Origin: Thermoplasmatota archaeon
GTDB taxonomy: Archaea > Thermoplasmatota > E2 > DHVEG-1
Assembly (NCBI GenBank): GCA_038884455.1
Contig: JAWABU010000002.1
Location: 6,948 to 70,947 of the forward strand
Reading direction: 5' to 3'
DNA: 64,000 nucleotides
The position numbers were made by a program, and so were the translations under genes. The notes under the pieces are model-generated. The model had not been told where the DNA came from. It saw only the letters and a program-made list of their open reading frames with translations, and ran no database searches. Of the stretch, positions 28,342 through 40,682 are shown piece by piece; position 1 is the first letter of the stretch, and each line of letters starts with the position of its first letter.

Positions 28342-29472
28342 TTAGGAAAAAGGAATAGGTGCAAAACTTAAGATAAAGACGATAATGATGAGAACTCCAA
28401 GGAGTTTTCGTCGAGTATCCAAGGTATCATGTTCATTGAGCGGGGGTTGATGATGCGTACCAATCAATAGAAAAACTATAAGGGCAAACATAAGCCAACC
28501 AGTATAGAGAAGCCCTAAGATGAGAAGGATAATAACAACAGCCCAGCTTGCGTACCTGTGTTTTTCTTTGAGAAATGCTCGTGCAACATGTCCGCCATCA
28601 AGCTGACCAACTGGGAGAAGATTGACAGCCGTAAGAAAGATTCCAACCCACCCTGCAAAAAGTGTCGGATGAATTAATATATTGTCTGGAAGTGAAAAGA
28701 AAGTTTGAATCCATTGGATAATCAGCGGAGGTGACATATACCCAATATTCTCAGATTGCGGGATACTGATTGGATTCTGTTGCATGAGAAAAAATCCGAC
28801 AAAGCAGACAGGTATTGCAACCAGAAAACCTGCTAGAGGACCTGCTATCCCAATGTCAAGTAATGCTTTTCGATTTGGTATAGGTTCACGGGTTGAGATC
28901 ACTGCACCAAAAGTTCCAAGAATAAAGGGGGGTGGCAATGGTATAAAATACGGGAGAGATGATTCAACATTATGTTTTTTGGAAATGAGATAATGTCCCA
29001 TCTCATGACATCCTAGGATTAACAACAACGGAATCGAGAAGAAAAGGAAACCATTGCTCAGATATTCTGGAGAAAAGCTTTTGCTTAGAATTGCGATAAA
29101 ATCATTGAGTGTTGGTTCAAGGATACTTACCCATTGAAGAGAACCTGCAAGGGTTGTAGTAAAAACAGTTGCGATGAGTAAGGCAAGATTGATCCATACT
29201 GGTTTTTTCCGTATGAGTGGTTTTTTGATAATATAGATGAGATGTTCTCCTCCTTCAAACCGTATCATCGGAATGTACCCTTTTTCCGCAAGAGATACCC
29301 GGAGTTGTTCGAATTTTTCTTCAAGCAGTAGTTCATCGACTCTACAGAAAAAAACAGCGGTGTTTCCATCGGTTTTCATATCATAAAAGGGAAATCGTTG
29401 ACCGACTTCTCGTTTCAAGAGTTCTATATCAAAGATTGGTGATGAATCCGGCGTCGTCCACGTTTCAGACAT
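28342..29472 (-). CDS. Site-2 protease family (M50) intramembrane zinc metalloprotease
   Basis: HEMGHY (HExxH) within a TM helix and NLLPVGQLDGGH (the LDG motif). Multiple TM helices. Confidence 0.85.
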   Translation of the reverse strand: MSETWTTPDSSPIFDIELLKREVGQRFPFYDMKTDGNTAVFFCRVDELLLEEKFEQLRVSLAEKGYIPMIRFEGGEHLIYIIKKPLIRKKPVWINLALLIATVFTTTLAGSLQWVSILEPTLNDFIAILSKSFSPEYLSNGFLFFSIPLLLILGCHEMGHYLISKKHNVESSLPYFIPLPPPFILGTFGAVISTREPIPNRKALLDIGIAGPLAGFLVAIPVCFVGFFLMQQNPISIPQSENIGYMSPPLIIQWIQTFFSLPDNILIHPTLFAGWVGIFLTAVNLLPVGQLDGGHVARAFLKEKHRYASWAVVIILLILGLLYTGWLMFALIVFLLIGTHHQPPLNEHDTLDTRRKLLGVLIIIVFILSFAPIPFS

Positions 29473-29810
29473 ATGAAGAAGCCCGATATTAGATGTGTTT
29501 TATAAATCCTTCGCCCGATACAATAGCGCCGTGATTCTATAAACATTTTTTTTATGTACTTGTACGAAGGAGAAGGCTTGCAATAAGATAGAGAACAAAA
29601 ACAAAGAAGAGTATCCAATAGAGAAATGAATGATACTGATTTTGTTTCTGAAATGAGTGTCCTGCTAACTCACCGCTCTTTTCCAAATGCATTCCCAAAC
29701 CCGTGACCCAGTATTTTGTAGCGATTTTTAAAATTTTTGGAACGTTGTATTGATGTATCGAAAAGAAGATAAACAACAAATCTTTGTGTGAGGCGAGGTT
29801 TTGATGCAAT

Positions 29811-31758
<1,948 letters not shown>

Positions 31759-31762
<4 letters not shown>

Positions 31763-31899
31763 ACTGCTTTAATACGTTTGGCAACAGTTGGTCGCTCTTT
31801 GTAGAACACCTTACTTCCACAGTACGGACATTGCATACCGATATTTTTAACGTCAAATTGAACTGCCTTCTTACAGAGTCCGCATTTATATCTCGTCAT
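31759..31899 (-). CDS. rpoP: RNA polymerase subunit P (Rpo12/RpoP, zinc ribbon, 46 aa); not in the ORF track
   Basis: Own codon-by-codon translation: MTRYKCGLCKKAVQFDVKNIGMQCPYCGSKVFYKERPTVAKRIKAV*. It has a C-x2-C...C-x2-C ribbon followed by K.R. The ATGA overlaps both the eL43 stop and the pcc1 start. Confidence 0.8.
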
Positions 31900-32189
31900 A
31901 CTTCGTCACTGCTCATGAGTGGTGGAGCTATTAATCCTTTCACAATTTTTTCAACATCGGAACCCTGTGGTGTCTGTGGAAGGTATGAACCGCCTGCAAA
32001 AATCGTACCACATTTGGTACATTTCCAGATACTTGTACTAGTTCTTTTTACACTGAGATGGCTGCATGACGGGCATTTATGTTTTTGTTTCTGTAACGCC
32101 TCAACCTCACGAATCCGGGTTCTGGATCGGACACCATACCGTGCTTGAAAACGACCTGCAGTTCCAACTTTTTTCGTCCTTTTTGCCAT
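31896..32189 (-). CDS. rpl37ae: Ribosomal protein eL43 (L37Ae)
   Basis: MAKRTKKVGTAGRFQARYG..., with zinc ribbon CPSC...CTKCG. Confidence 0.9.
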   Translation of the reverse strand: MAKRTKKVGTAGRFQARYGVRSRTRIREVEALQKQKHKCPSCSHLSVKRTSTSIWKCTKCGTIFAGGSYLPQTPQGSDVEKIVKGLIAPPLMSSDEV

Positions 32190-32191
32190 AG

Positions 32192-32974
32192 TTATTTCCC
32201 TGTACTTTTATATAATTGTGTTCTTATTTCTCGCCCGTTATCAATCGAGGCTTTTATAACTTTTTGTATCTCTTCTCTGGTGAAACTCCCTTTGAGCCCT
32301 TTCTGCATTGCTCGAATATCTCCATTTGTATCTGTTGCAACGGTGAGACGTGCATCAGCAATTTGTTCCTCATCAAGCGAGGGATCTAAAAAAATAACGT
32401 TGTTGATTTTAACTGAGGTACATGAGATCGGCGGTTCTTTCAATGGCAAAGGATAATCATCACCGAGTTCAAATCGCCGTGCTGGAACTTTTGTGGTCAT
32501 TAAGGCTGCAAGAGATGCAAGTGATGCGGCATCAAACAAGTTTCCATCATAGTCAAGAACATGAATATCAATAAAGATAACCCAGACTTTTTCACCAGGG
32601 GTAATACAGAGTTTTTCAACTTCAACGAGTTCTGATTCTCGAACACCTCGATCAACAACCCGTGCGAGTTCTATTGCATCTTCCTGAGGAGGACCTGCTT
32701 CAAAATCAGGAGATGCCATCGGGACCAGTTCTGCTGCAGTTGAGAGAACCCCGCTATCTGGTGAATCAGGATATGGTTCACCGACCTCCATTTTTATCCC
32801 TGCAAGAACCTGCGTATTCCCAATTTTTACCCGCGCTGATCCTTCTGCTTTTTGTACAACATTGGTTTCAATTGTAATCGGCCGGTATTGATCAAACCTT
32901 CTCCCGTCGATCCGTTTACCCTGTTCTGCAAGTTTAATGATGTAATCTCGTTTAATAACTGGAACAACTGTCAT
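32192..32974 (-). CDS. rrp42: Exosome complex subunit Rrp42 (RNase PH-like, non-catalytic)
   Basis: RNase PH fold pattern (RIDGR..DQYRPITIE). 260 aa, third gene of the rrp4-rrp41-rrp42 order. Confidence 0.88.
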   Translation of the reverse strand: MTVVPVIKRDYIIKLAEQGKRIDGRRFDQYRPITIETNVVQKAEGSARVKIGNTQVLAGIKMEVGEPYPDSPDSGVLSTAAELVPMASPDFEAGPPQEDAIELARVVDRGVRESELVEVEKLCITPGEKVWVIFIDIHVLDYDGNLFDAASLASLAALMTTKVPARRFELGDDYPLPLKEPPISCTSVKINNVIFLDPSLDEEQIADARLTVATDTNGDIRAMQKGLKGSFTREEIQKVIKASIDNGREIRTQLYKSTGK

Positions 32975-32977
32975 ACC

Positions 32978-33706
32978 TTATTCAACCTCCAAAAGTTTCT
33001 CATATTTATCAAGAAGTGCTTTTTTCTGCAGCTGTGCAACCTTATGGCAACCTCGTATCGCGAGGTCAAATGCATGATTAAATTCCTCAAGTGTGAGATG
33101 TCCATCCATTTGAAGCAGGAGAATCTCATCAGTTCGAGGTGCTATTGCAACAGGAAGGTCTGCTTGTCCGTAGTTATCTTCTTCTTTCCCAAGATCAAGG
33201 ACAATGTGATCAGCGATTTTTCCAGCGGCACAGGCAACAGGTATATCGGTCATCGGTATGCCTGCATCAGCTAAGGCAACTGCTGCAGCAGTGAGTCCAG
33301 CACAACGCGTCCCAGCCTCAGCATCAAGAATTTCAATATTCACATCGATTGCTGCACGGGGGAACTGTTCGGTGAGGATGACTTTATCTAACGCTTCTGA
33401 GATTACCTTAGAAATTTCTCGGCTACGTCGATCTGGTCCTGGTTTTTTTCGTTCTTCAACACTGAACGCAGCCATATTATACCGAGCGTTTACTACCGCT
33501 CGTAACGGGTTTTGGGTATGTCGTGGTACTGCTTCTCGAGGTCCATAGACAGCAACAATAACTTTGTTGCCCCCCCATTCAAGATAGCAAGAACCATCTG
33601 CTCTGTGAAGGACACCTGCATCGATTTTTATTGGACGAAGTTCTTCGAGATCTCGCCCGTCTCTTCGTTTTCCATGACTATCGAGGAGTTCAATATCTGA
33701 TTTCAT
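32978..33706 (-). CDS. rrp41: Exosome complex exonuclease Rrp41 (RNase PH-like)
   Basis: [34 protein letters not shown]. 242 aa. Overlaps rrp4. Confidence 0.9.
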   Translation of the reverse strand: MKSDIELLDSHGKRRDGRDLEELRPIKIDAGVLHRADGSCYLEWGGNKVIVAVYGPREAVPRHTQNPLRAVVNARYNMAAFSVEERKKPGPDRRSREISKVISEALDKVILTEQFPRAAIDVNIEILDAEAGTRCAGLTAAAVALADAGIPMTDIPVACAAGKIADHIVLDLGKEEDNYGQADLPVAIAPRTDEILLLQMDGHLTLEEFNHAFDLAIRGCHKVAQLQKKALLDKYEKLLEVE

Positions 33707-34386
33707 AGTACAACTTCCTTTGAATCTTTTTTTAATAATTCAGCGATTCGATTGGTTAATCCATGACTCACTGCTTCTTGCTCAATCTTAGCGATTGCTT
33801 GCAGTACTTTTTCAACACCTTGGGTGTCTCCATCGATCCAGATGCGGCCATTTTGGCCGACAAAGATCCGGCATCGAGTGTACTGTTTGATCAGTGATAT
33901 CATCGAACCTTTTTTACCGATGATGCGTGGAACGATTGATGGTTCTACATCAATAATAGTTCCACCTTTGATTTTATAGAGATTTCTATCTTTTAAGGTA
34001 ATATTGAGTTTTTTTTGTTCATCAACTGAAAGAACTTTAGCCATGATGGAATCTCCGTGATTTAAATATTTTTCAGTATTTCCAAATTCGATATCCCATG
34101 GTACTTCGCTCACATGGAGTAATGCAGGATATGGTGCATTAATATCAACCATCCAGCTGGACTGCGATGCCTCTTCGACGACACCAATAACAAAATCACC
34201 AGGTATTGGTTCATATCGTCCTTTTATAGGGACAACCTCAATGGTTGAATCTGAAATGTTGAGAACACCAAGCCGTGCTGCAATAATTTTTCCTTGTTCA
34301 ATAAACGTACCTCGGCCAGATCGATGGCTTTTCACATCTCCTAAAATTTGACTGGGATAAACAATGATACGTTTTTCATCTGCCAT
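33703..34386 (-). CDS. rrp4: Exosome RNA-binding subunit Rrp4 (S1 + KH)
   Basis: An S1-like segment ([15 protein letters not shown]) and a KH motif ([17 protein letters not shown]). Confidence 0.9.
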   Translation of the reverse strand: MADEKRIIVYPSQILGDVKSHRSGRGTFIEQGKIIAARLGVLNISDSTIEVVPIKGRYEPIPGDFVIGVVEEASQSSWMVDINAPYPALLHVSEVPWDIEFGNTEKYLNHGDSIMAKVLSVDEQKKLNITLKDRNLYKIKGGTIIDVEPSIVPRIIGKKGSMISLIKQYTRCRIFVGQNGRIWIDGDTQGVEKVLQAIAKIEQEAVSHGLTNRIAELLKKDSKEVVL

Positions 34387-34409
34387 AAAAATAACCTATA
34401 TACTCCGTA

Positions 34410-35105
34410 TTATTTAAGAATTCGTGTTTCGACATTGCCCTTGGTAAGCGTATTGAGTTTATCATAAAAATCAGTCTGCATACCTGCAGGGATACGAACG
34501 ATACCAAGCCATGATCCATCTGATTGCCAATCTTCACGTTCAAGAACTCCGAAATTCCGAGCAACACCATAGGCTTTCCCGGTATATGCTGCTGGAATTT
34601 TAACAGATATTTTTACCTGCTCCATTGAAATTGGAATAATGGGTCGTAATGCTTCGAGAACGGTTTTGACTTGTTGGGTAACTGGTTTAAAGGGATCAAT
34701 ATGAACCTTTGCTTCTTCAAGTGCTCGTTCAATCCGTTGTCGAGGATGCGGCATTTTTGTCTGTGGGTCCATAGCGTTTTTTACAATGATATCAACGATT
34801 CGTTTCTTTTTTTGCTCCTGCATAGTATGTCGTTGTTCTGTAGTGAGTTGAATGTCTCCTTTGAGAATGATGGTTTTCGCGATGGTTATTATATCTGATG
34901 TTCCAAAATTTTTAATCAATGATTCCTCAGAGGCATGAGTCCCTTTTTTAGCGTCTTTAAAGATTGCGTCGATTGCAAGAGATCCACGTATGTCAACGTC
35001 TTTTCCTTCTAACACCTGATCTGCGATGTGAGGATCAACAAGTATTTCAAAATGTTCTTCTCCTTTATGATATCGAGCAATGACTGCATCTTCAAGGCTA
35101 ACCAC
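34410..35105 (-). CDS. sdo1: SBDS/Sdo1 ribosome maturation protein
   Basis: N-terminal VIARYHKGEEHFEILVDP (FYSH domain). 231 aa. Conserved position between psmA and rrp4. Confidence 0.88.
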   Translation of the reverse strand: MVSLEDAVIARYHKGEEHFEILVDPHIADQVLEGKDVDIRGSLAIDAIFKDAKKGTHASEESLIKNFGTSDIITIAKTIILKGDIQLTTEQRHTMQEQKKKRIVDIIVKNAMDPQTKMPHPRQRIERALEEAKVHIDPFKPVTQQVKTVLEALRPIIPISMEQVKISVKIPAAYTGKAYGVARNFGVLEREDWQSDGSWLGIVRIPAGMQTDFYDKLNTLTKGNVETRILK

Positions 35106-35107
35106 GT

Positions 35108-35830
35108 TTACTTACCTCCGATTGCTTTGATAACATACATGCGTGTTTCTTCTGGCGAGAGAATATGGAATTTCCAGCCTTTTTTAACTACGCCGATCTC
35201 AATTGCTTCAGCATTGATTTTACCTTCGGTTCCTTTATGCAACGCCTTGATGCCGAGATCGATTGCTTCGTCAAGACTTAAATCATCTCGATATTTTTCT
35301 TCAAAAAACGCCATAGCTCCTGCTCGACCAGCGCCCTCGCTGCTTGCCTTGTATTCCATAAGAGCTCCAGATGGATCAGTCGAGAACAGTCGAGGACCGG
35401 TCTCATCAATACCTGCGATAAGAAGGGCGGTGCCAAAAGGTCGAACACCACCGTATTGTGTATAGGTTTGTTTGAAATCACAGATTCGTTTTACGAGTGT
35501 TTTTACTTGGATTTTTTCATTATAGGTTATTTCGTTGATTTGTGCATCAAGCCGGGCGCGATCAATCAACGCACGAGCATCAGCCACAAGACCAGAAGTT
35601 GCACATCCGATGTGATCATCGATCGCGAAAATCTTCTCAATGGAATCAGGTTCAATTAACCGGGAGGTTATACGTTTATCGACGATGAGTACAACACCAT
35701 CCTTACATTTTAAACCAACCGTAGTTGTTCCTCGTTTCACTGCCTCTCGTGCGTATTCAACTTGAAAGAGTCGACCGTCTGGAGAAAAGACGGTTATCGC
35801 GCGATCATATGCAATATTTGATGGTTGCAT
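35108..35830 (-). CDS. psmA: Proteasome alpha subunit
   Basis: [24 protein letters not shown] hallmark N-terminus. Confidence 0.95.
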   Translation of the reverse strand: MQPSNIAYDRAITVFSPDGRLFQVEYAREAVKRGTTTVGLKCKDGVVLIVDKRITSRLIEPDSIEKIFAIDDHIGCATSGLVADARALIDRARLDAQINEITYNEKIQVKTLVKRICDFKQTYTQYGGVRPFGTALLIAGIDETGPRLFSTDPSGALMEYKASSEGAGRAGAMAFFEEKYRDDLSLDEAIDLGIKALHKGTEGKINAEAIEIGVVKKGWKFHILSPEETRMYVIKAIGGK

Positions 35831-35937
35831 GCTCTTTGTTCACCTCAACTTTTTTAATGATATGGAGAATGTTCAACCAAGAATACGCTTTTACTGTATA
35901 TACTTTGTGATTATTTGTTTTCTCAGGATTTTATGTT

Positions 35938-36591
35938 CTAAACACCGGGCTGATCCCCCCAGAGTATTTTATGTAGTTGTAATCCTAAGCGAACTGGAAG
36001 ACCATCCTGAAGGATCCATGAGAGGAGAATTTTCGGATCAGTGCCCCACACAGGTTGAAAAAAAACATAACATGAGGGATGATATTTTTCAATGACCTCT
36101 CGCGCGCAGGAATAATCCTCAGAATTCTGAATGATGAATTTTAGTTGATCGTGAGGTCGGAGAAGATTAATATTTTCAAGATTCATATGAGTATGCATGT
36201 GTGAAGAAGGGCATTTGTAATCCAGTGAAATCATGATTTTTTTCATTGAGCGTAATGTTTGTATCGAAATACTCCCATTCGTTTCAACACTGATTTTATA
36301 GTTCTTATCAAGTAACTGGTGAAGAAGGTCGTAGCAATCAGGTTGCATAAGTGGTTCCCCTCCAGTAAGACATATTGTCGAACATGGATATTGTTGTAGT
36401 GCATCTACTATTTCTGGGATGCTCATTGTTTTGCCGGTATGGTATGCGTACGTAGTATCGCAATAGCTGCAGCGTAGATTACATCCTGTCGTTCTGATAA
36501 AAATTGTTGGAATTCCAGCAAGAATACCTTCGCCTTGGATTGAATAAAAAATCTCATGAATGTTCATAGGTGAAAAAGAAGAATGGATCAT
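35938..36591 (-). CDS. queE: 7-carboxy-7-deazaguanine synthase (radical SAM QueE)
   Basis: IFYSIQGEG, CNLRCSYCDT (radical SAM CxxxCxxC variant) and LTGGEPL. Confidence 0.82.
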   Translation of the reverse strand: MIHSSFSPMNIHEIFYSIQGEGILAGIPTIFIRTTGCNLRCSYCDTTYAYHTGKTMSIPEIVDALQQYPCSTICLTGGEPLMQPDCYDLLHQLLDKNYKISVETNGSISIQTLRSMKKIMISLDYKCPSSHMHTHMNLENINLLRPHDQLKFIIQNSEDYSCAREVIEKYHPSCYVFFQPVWGTDPKILLSWILQDGLPVRLGLQLHKILWGDQPGV

Positions 36592-36611
36592 ACCTATAAA
36601 AAAATGTGTGT

Positions 36612-36644
36612 GGTAAACCGTTTGGTAAACAACCGCAGGTAAAC
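36612..36644. repeat. Three direct GGTAAAC heptamers (12- and 14-nt spacing) in the queE / tRNA-Lys-rpoH intergenic region
   Basis: GGTAAAC at 36612-36618, 36624-36630 and 36638-36644. Related GTTTAC (inverted) lies at about 36660 and GGTAAAG at about 36694. Confidence 0.3.
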
Positions 36645-36798
36645 GTTCAGGATGGTTAGGTTTACTCCTCCAGAATATTTTGAGTTAACGTGAGGTAAAG
36701 ATATTTATATAAGAATTGGTATTACGGGTAAGCCGTTTCAACAGTTAATATGAGATAGTGTGTATCATATATCAATCATGAATCACTGCTAAGTATCG

Positions 36799-36806
36799 AT
36801 ATATAA
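36799..36806 (+). promoter_or_regulatory. TATA-box candidate for tRNA-Lys (and possibly the rpoH operon)
   Basis: ATATATAA is centred about 24 nt upstream of tRNA position 1 (36827), the usual archaeal TATA-to-TSS spacing. Confidence 0.35.
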
Positions 36807-36826
36807 CTGAAGAATGGCCCTTGTCT

Positions 36827-36900
36827 GGGCCTGTAGCTCAGCTAGGTAGAGCATCTGGCTTTTAACCAGGTGGCCAAGGGTTCGAATCCCTTCAGGCCCG
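36827..36900 (+). tRNA. tRNA-Lys (anticodon UUU)
   Basis: GGGCCTG/TA/GCTC-AGCTAGGTA-GAGC/A/TCTGG-CTTTTAA-CCAGG/TGGCC/AAGGG-TTCGAAT-CCCTT/CAGGCCC/G. Clean cloverleaf by hand. Confidence 0.9.
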
Positions 36901-36941
36901 CCTTATTCCTCAACGGAAGCCACAACCAGGAGGAATGCAGC

Positions 36942-37259
36942 ATCGCCACCCCCAAACCAAAATATTACGACATATTAGGTCATAAGCTGGTACCAGAACA
37001 TAGTATTTTATCAAAGAAAGAGGAAAAAGCGTTGCTAGACAAGTATAAAATAAAACCTGAACAACTCCCAAAGATTCTCAGCACCGATCCAGCGGTTGTT
37101 GCTATCAAAGCAAAACCTGGAGACATTGTTAAAATAGTTCGACAGAGTCCGACTGCAAAGACATCGATTTGTTATCGATTGGTTATTGAAAGTGAGCTTG
37201 CTGACATTGGAGAATTTACCATCCCTGCTGATTTTGGAGAATCAACTGAGATTGAATAG
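36942..37259 (+). CDS. rpoH: RNA polymerase subunit H (Rpo5); start codon unresolved
   Basis: HKLVPEHSILSKKEEKALLDKYKIKPEQLPKILSTDPAVVAIKAKPGDIVKIVRQSPTAKTSICYRLV is the RpoH signature. There is no in-frame ATG/GTG/TTG between the tRNA and this motif. The coordinates use ATC 36942, which lies 8 nt after AGGAGG (see finding). Confidence 0.8.
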   Translation: MATPKPKYYDILGHKLVPEHSILSKKEEKALLDKYKIKPEQLPKILSTDPAVVAIKAKPGDIVKIVRQSPTAKTSICYRLVIESELADIGEFTIPADFGESTEIE

Positions 37260-37298
37260 AGTAAAAAAAAGAAAATATTTTAGGTGGGTTGAAGAAAA

Positions 37299-40200
37299 AT
37301 GAGAGAATTAATTGATGCTTTTTATCGAGATCGAAGCATTGTAAACCATCAGATTGCATCCTACGATGATTTCCTCAATAATCGGTTACAACGGATTGTT
37401 GATAGTACCGTTATCGGTCAAGAAGACGAAAACATGGAACGAGGGTTCATTTATCCTGAAATTGAAGGTTTTAAAATAAAATTCGGGAAAATCAAAGTTG
37501 GTTTTCCTGAGGTCAAAGAAGCAGATGGAACCGTCCGACCGCTTACCCCCATGGAAGCACGACTGCGAGATCTCACGTATGAAGCTCCCATCGAACTTGA
37601 ATTTATTCCAGTGAAAAATGATGTTGAATATGAACCTGAATTGGTTCGAATCGGTGAATTACCGATTATGATCAAATCAAAAAAATGTACGATTTCTCGG
37701 AAGGTTTTAGAAGAAAAATTAGAACATGTCCTCACTGATGAGGAATATAAAAAAGAATTACAGCATATGCAGGAAGACCCGTTGGATCCTGGCGGATATT
37801 TCATTAGTAATGGAACCGAACGGGTGCTCATCACAGTCGAGGATCTTGCACCAAATCGCGTGCTTGTAGAAAAAACAAGTAGGTATGGCACTGATGTTGA
37901 AGTTGCAAAGGTGTTTTCTCAACGAGAAGGATACCGTGCGTTGACGGTTGTCGAAAAACGAAAAGACGGTATGCTCATGGTGACGCTGCCGACGACGTAT
38001 GGTCAAATACCGTTGATTATCTTATTACGAGCTCTTGGTATGGAAAACGATGAAGAAATCGTCGATGTGATCTGCGTTGATCCAAAAATGGAACCGTACG
38101 TACTTGCAAATATCGAAGAATGCGCTCGGGAGTTTGGCATTTCAACAAAAGAGGAAGCAATTGCATTTCTTGGGAAAAAATTTGCAGGAGGGCAAGCAAA
38201 AGAATATCGGGTGAAACGAGTTGAAACCATTATGGATCGTCATCTGCTCGCACATCTTGGAACGTCTCCTGATGATCGACTCACGAAAGCTATCTTTATG
38301 GCACGGATGGGGCTTGCAGTTCTTGAGCTTGCTCTTGGGAAACGTCAGCCTGATGATAAAGATCATTATGCCAATAAACGGTTGAAACTTGCCGGAGATC
38401 TCATGGAGGATTTATTCCGAGTAGCGTTTACTGCGCTTTGTAAAGATTTGAAGTACCAAATTGAACGAGTACATGCAAAAGGTAAAGATGTAAAAATCAG
38501 CGCCTGTCTACGTTCAGATGTTCTCAGCCAACGTATCCACCATGCACTTGCAACCGGGAATTGGGTTGGTGGAAGAGCTGGTATTTCACAGCTGCTTGAC
38601 CGGACAAGCAATCTTGCAGTGATCAGTCATCTGAGACGCGTAACCTCGCCGCTGACTCGATCGCAACCTCATTTCGAAGCTCGTGATTTACATTCAACGC
38701 AGTGGGGGCGACTGTGTCCAAATGAGACGCCTGAAGGTCCAAATTGTGGTCTAGTGAAAAACCTCGCGCTTGCTGTTGAAATTTCAGAAGGTTTCTCAGA
38801 AAAAGAACTGGAAAACGTTCTCCGAGATCTTGGAATTAAGGATATTACCAAACATGTCACCGGTTCACGTGTCTATCTCAACGGGGATTTGATTGGGATG
38901 CATCCCAATGGTCAAGAGCTGGTAAAAAAACTACGTGAACGTCGACGGAAAGGATTGCTCAGTAATGAAATTAATGTTATGTATGATAGCGAAGGAAACG
39001 ATGTTATCGTGAATTGTGATTGTGGCCGTCTCCGCAGACCGTTGCTTGTTGTTGAGAATGGAAAGTTGCTACTGACAGAGAAATATCTTCAAGAGTTAAA
39101 GGAAGGTCGGAAACGATGGATTGACCTCATTAACGAAGGTATTGTTGAGTATATTGATGCTGAGGAGGAGGAAAATGCACTCATTGCATTAACCAAAGAG
39201 GACATCACCTCAGATCATACGCATATGGAGCTTGATCCTATGTGTATTCTTGGTATTGGTGCTTCGCTAGTTCCGTATCCTGAGCATAACTCGTCGCCGC
39301 GTATTACTATGGGTGCAGGTATGGGAAAACAGTCACTTGGTTTTGGTGCTGCAAACTATCGAATCAGACCTGACACTCGCGGTCATCTCATGCACTACCC
39401 GCAGATACCTCTTGTTCAGACTCATCCGATAAAATATATTAAATTCCGTGAACGACCTGCAGGTCAGAATTTTATTGTTGCAGTTGCCTCATTTCAAGGA
39501 TATAACATGGAAGATGCGCTGGTTATGAGTAAAGCTGCGATTGAACGTGGTCTTGCTCGGAGTACGTTTATTCGGACGTATTCAAGTGAAGAGAAACGGT
39601 ATCCTGGTGGTCAAGAGGATCATTTTGAAATTCCAAGTCCTGACTGTCGAGGGGTACGCAGTGAAGATGCGTACAACAATCTTGGTGACGATGGATTGAT
39701 TTCACCAGAGAGCACCGTAGATGGTGGTGACGTGCTCATTGGAAAAACATCTCCGCCGCGTTTCCTTGAGGAACCTACTGATTTTCTCACTCCACAGAAA
39801 CGACGTGAAACCTCAGTGACAGTACAACATGGTGAAGGAGGAATTGTTGACAAAGTAATGCTCTCTGAATCAGTCAATGGGTCTCGAATGGTGAAAATTA
39901 AGGTTCGTGAACAGCGTATCCCTGAGTACGGTGATAAGTTTGCATCAAAGCATGGTCAGAAAGGAGTTATTGGTTTTATTGTTCCTCAGGAGAATATGCC
40001 GTTTAACGAGCAGGGCATCAGTCCAGATCTCATTATCAACCCGCATGCAATTCCCTCACGTATGACGGTTGCTCATGTCTTGGAAATGATTGGGGGAAAG
40101 GTTGGTGCACTTGAAGCACGGACGGTTGATGGTACTGCTTTTTCTGGAGAAAGTGAAGATCATCTCCGGAGAGCACTTGTTGCGAATGGATTTAAACATA

Positions 40201-40664
40201 ACGGTAAAGAACTACTCTATGATGGTATCACGGGTCAGCCGCTCGAATGCGACATCTTTGTTGGCTGTATTTACTATCAGAAACTGCATCATATGGTTGC
40301 AGGAAAGATTCATGCTCGATCCCGTGGACCTGTTCAGATTCTTACCCGTCAGCCAACTGAAGGTCGAGCTCGGGAAGGTGGTCTGCGGTTTGGTGAGATG
40401 GAACGTGATTGTCTGATTGGTCATGGTGCATCCATGGTGATTAAAGATCGACTGCTGGATGAATCAGATCTCACGATGAAATATGTTTGTAACACCTGTG
40501 GTCATATTGCAATGATTGATCGACATGGGCGATTGCATTGTACGATATGCGGTGATAAGGCTGATATTCATCCAGTTGAAATGAGTTATGCGTTTAAGCT
40601 TCTCATTGATGAGTTGAAATCACTGGTGGTTGTTCCACGAATACGGCTTGAGTCATTGGTGTGA
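37299..40664 (+). CDS. rpoB: RNA polymerase subunit B (unsplit, 1121 aa)
   Basis: Conserved blocks include [54 protein letters not shown] and the C-terminal Zn ribbon CNTCG...CTICG. Confidence 0.97.
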   Translation: MRELIDAFYRDRSIVNHQIASYDDFLNNRLQRIVDSTVIGQEDENMERGFIYPEIEGFKIKFGKIKVGFPEVKEADGTVRPLTPMEARLRDLTYEAPIELEFIPVKNDVEYEPELVRIGELPIMIKSKKCTISRKVLEEKLEHVLTDEEYKKELQHMQEDPLDPGGYFISNGTERVLITVEDLAPNRVLVEKTSRYGTDVEVAKVFSQREGYRALTVVEKRKDGMLMVTLPTTYGQIPLIILLRALGMENDEEIVDVICVDPKMEPYVLANIEECAREFGISTKEEAIAFLGKKFAGGQAKEYRVKRVETIMDRHLLAHLGTSPDDRLTKAIFMARMGLAVLELALGKRQPDDKDHYANKRLKLAGDLMEDLFRVAFTALCKDLKYQIERVHAKGKDVKISACLRSDVLSQRIHHALATGNWVGGRAGISQLLDRTSNLAVISHLRRVTSPLTRSQPHFEARDLHSTQWGRLCPNETPEGPNCGLVKNLALAVEISEGFSEKELENVLRDLGIKDITKHVTGSRVYLNGDLIGMHPNGQELVKKLRERRRKGLLSNEINVMYDSEGNDVIVNCDCGRLRRPLLVVENGKLLLTEKYLQELKEGRKRWIDLINEGIVEYIDAEEEENALIALTKEDITSDHTHMELDPMCILGIGASLVPYPEHNSSPRITMGAGMGKQSLGFGAANYRIRPDTRGHLMHYPQIPLVQTHPIKYIKFRERPAGQNFIVAVASFQGYNMEDALVMSKAAIERGLARSTFIRTYSSEEKRYPGGQEDHFEIPSPDCRGVRSEDAYNNLGDDGLISPESTVDGGDVLIGKTSPPRFLEEPTDFLTPQKRRETSVTVQHGEGGIVDKVMLSESVNGSRMVKIKVREQRIPEYGDKFASKHGQKGVIGFIVPQENMPFNEQGISPDLIINPHAIPSRMTVAHVLEMIGGKVGALEARTVDGTAFSGESEDHLRRALVANGFKHNGKELLYDGITGQPLECDIFVGCIYYQKLHHMVAGKIHARSRGPVQILTRQPTEGRAREGGLRFGEMERDCLIGHGASMVIKDRLLDESDLTMKYVCNTCGHIAMIDRHGRLHCTICGDKADIHPVEMSYAFKLLIDELKSLVVVPRIRLESLV

Positions 40665-40682
40665 TCCGTGGAGGGATAAAAG

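Noticed and set aside
29552-29809. 85-aa minus-strand ORF (and overlapping 64- and 72-aa ORFs) in the 338-nt gap between the M50 protease and OsmC genes
   Set aside because: It has one hydrophobic stretch only, no SD, and mutually overlapping alternative frames. I cannot support any of them. The region may simply hold two divergent promoters.
32852-33274. 140-aa plus-strand ORF across the rrp42/rrp41 junction, and the 145-aa ORF at 35028-35465 across SBDS/psmA
   Set aside because: Both are antisense to conserved exosome and proteasome genes, so they are spurious.
36870-36941. GTG-initiated 5' extension of the rpoH ORF
   Set aside because: The start codon and first 10 codons lie inside tRNA-Lys. 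The encoded MAKGSNPFRPALFLNGSHNQEEC is not RpoH-like.
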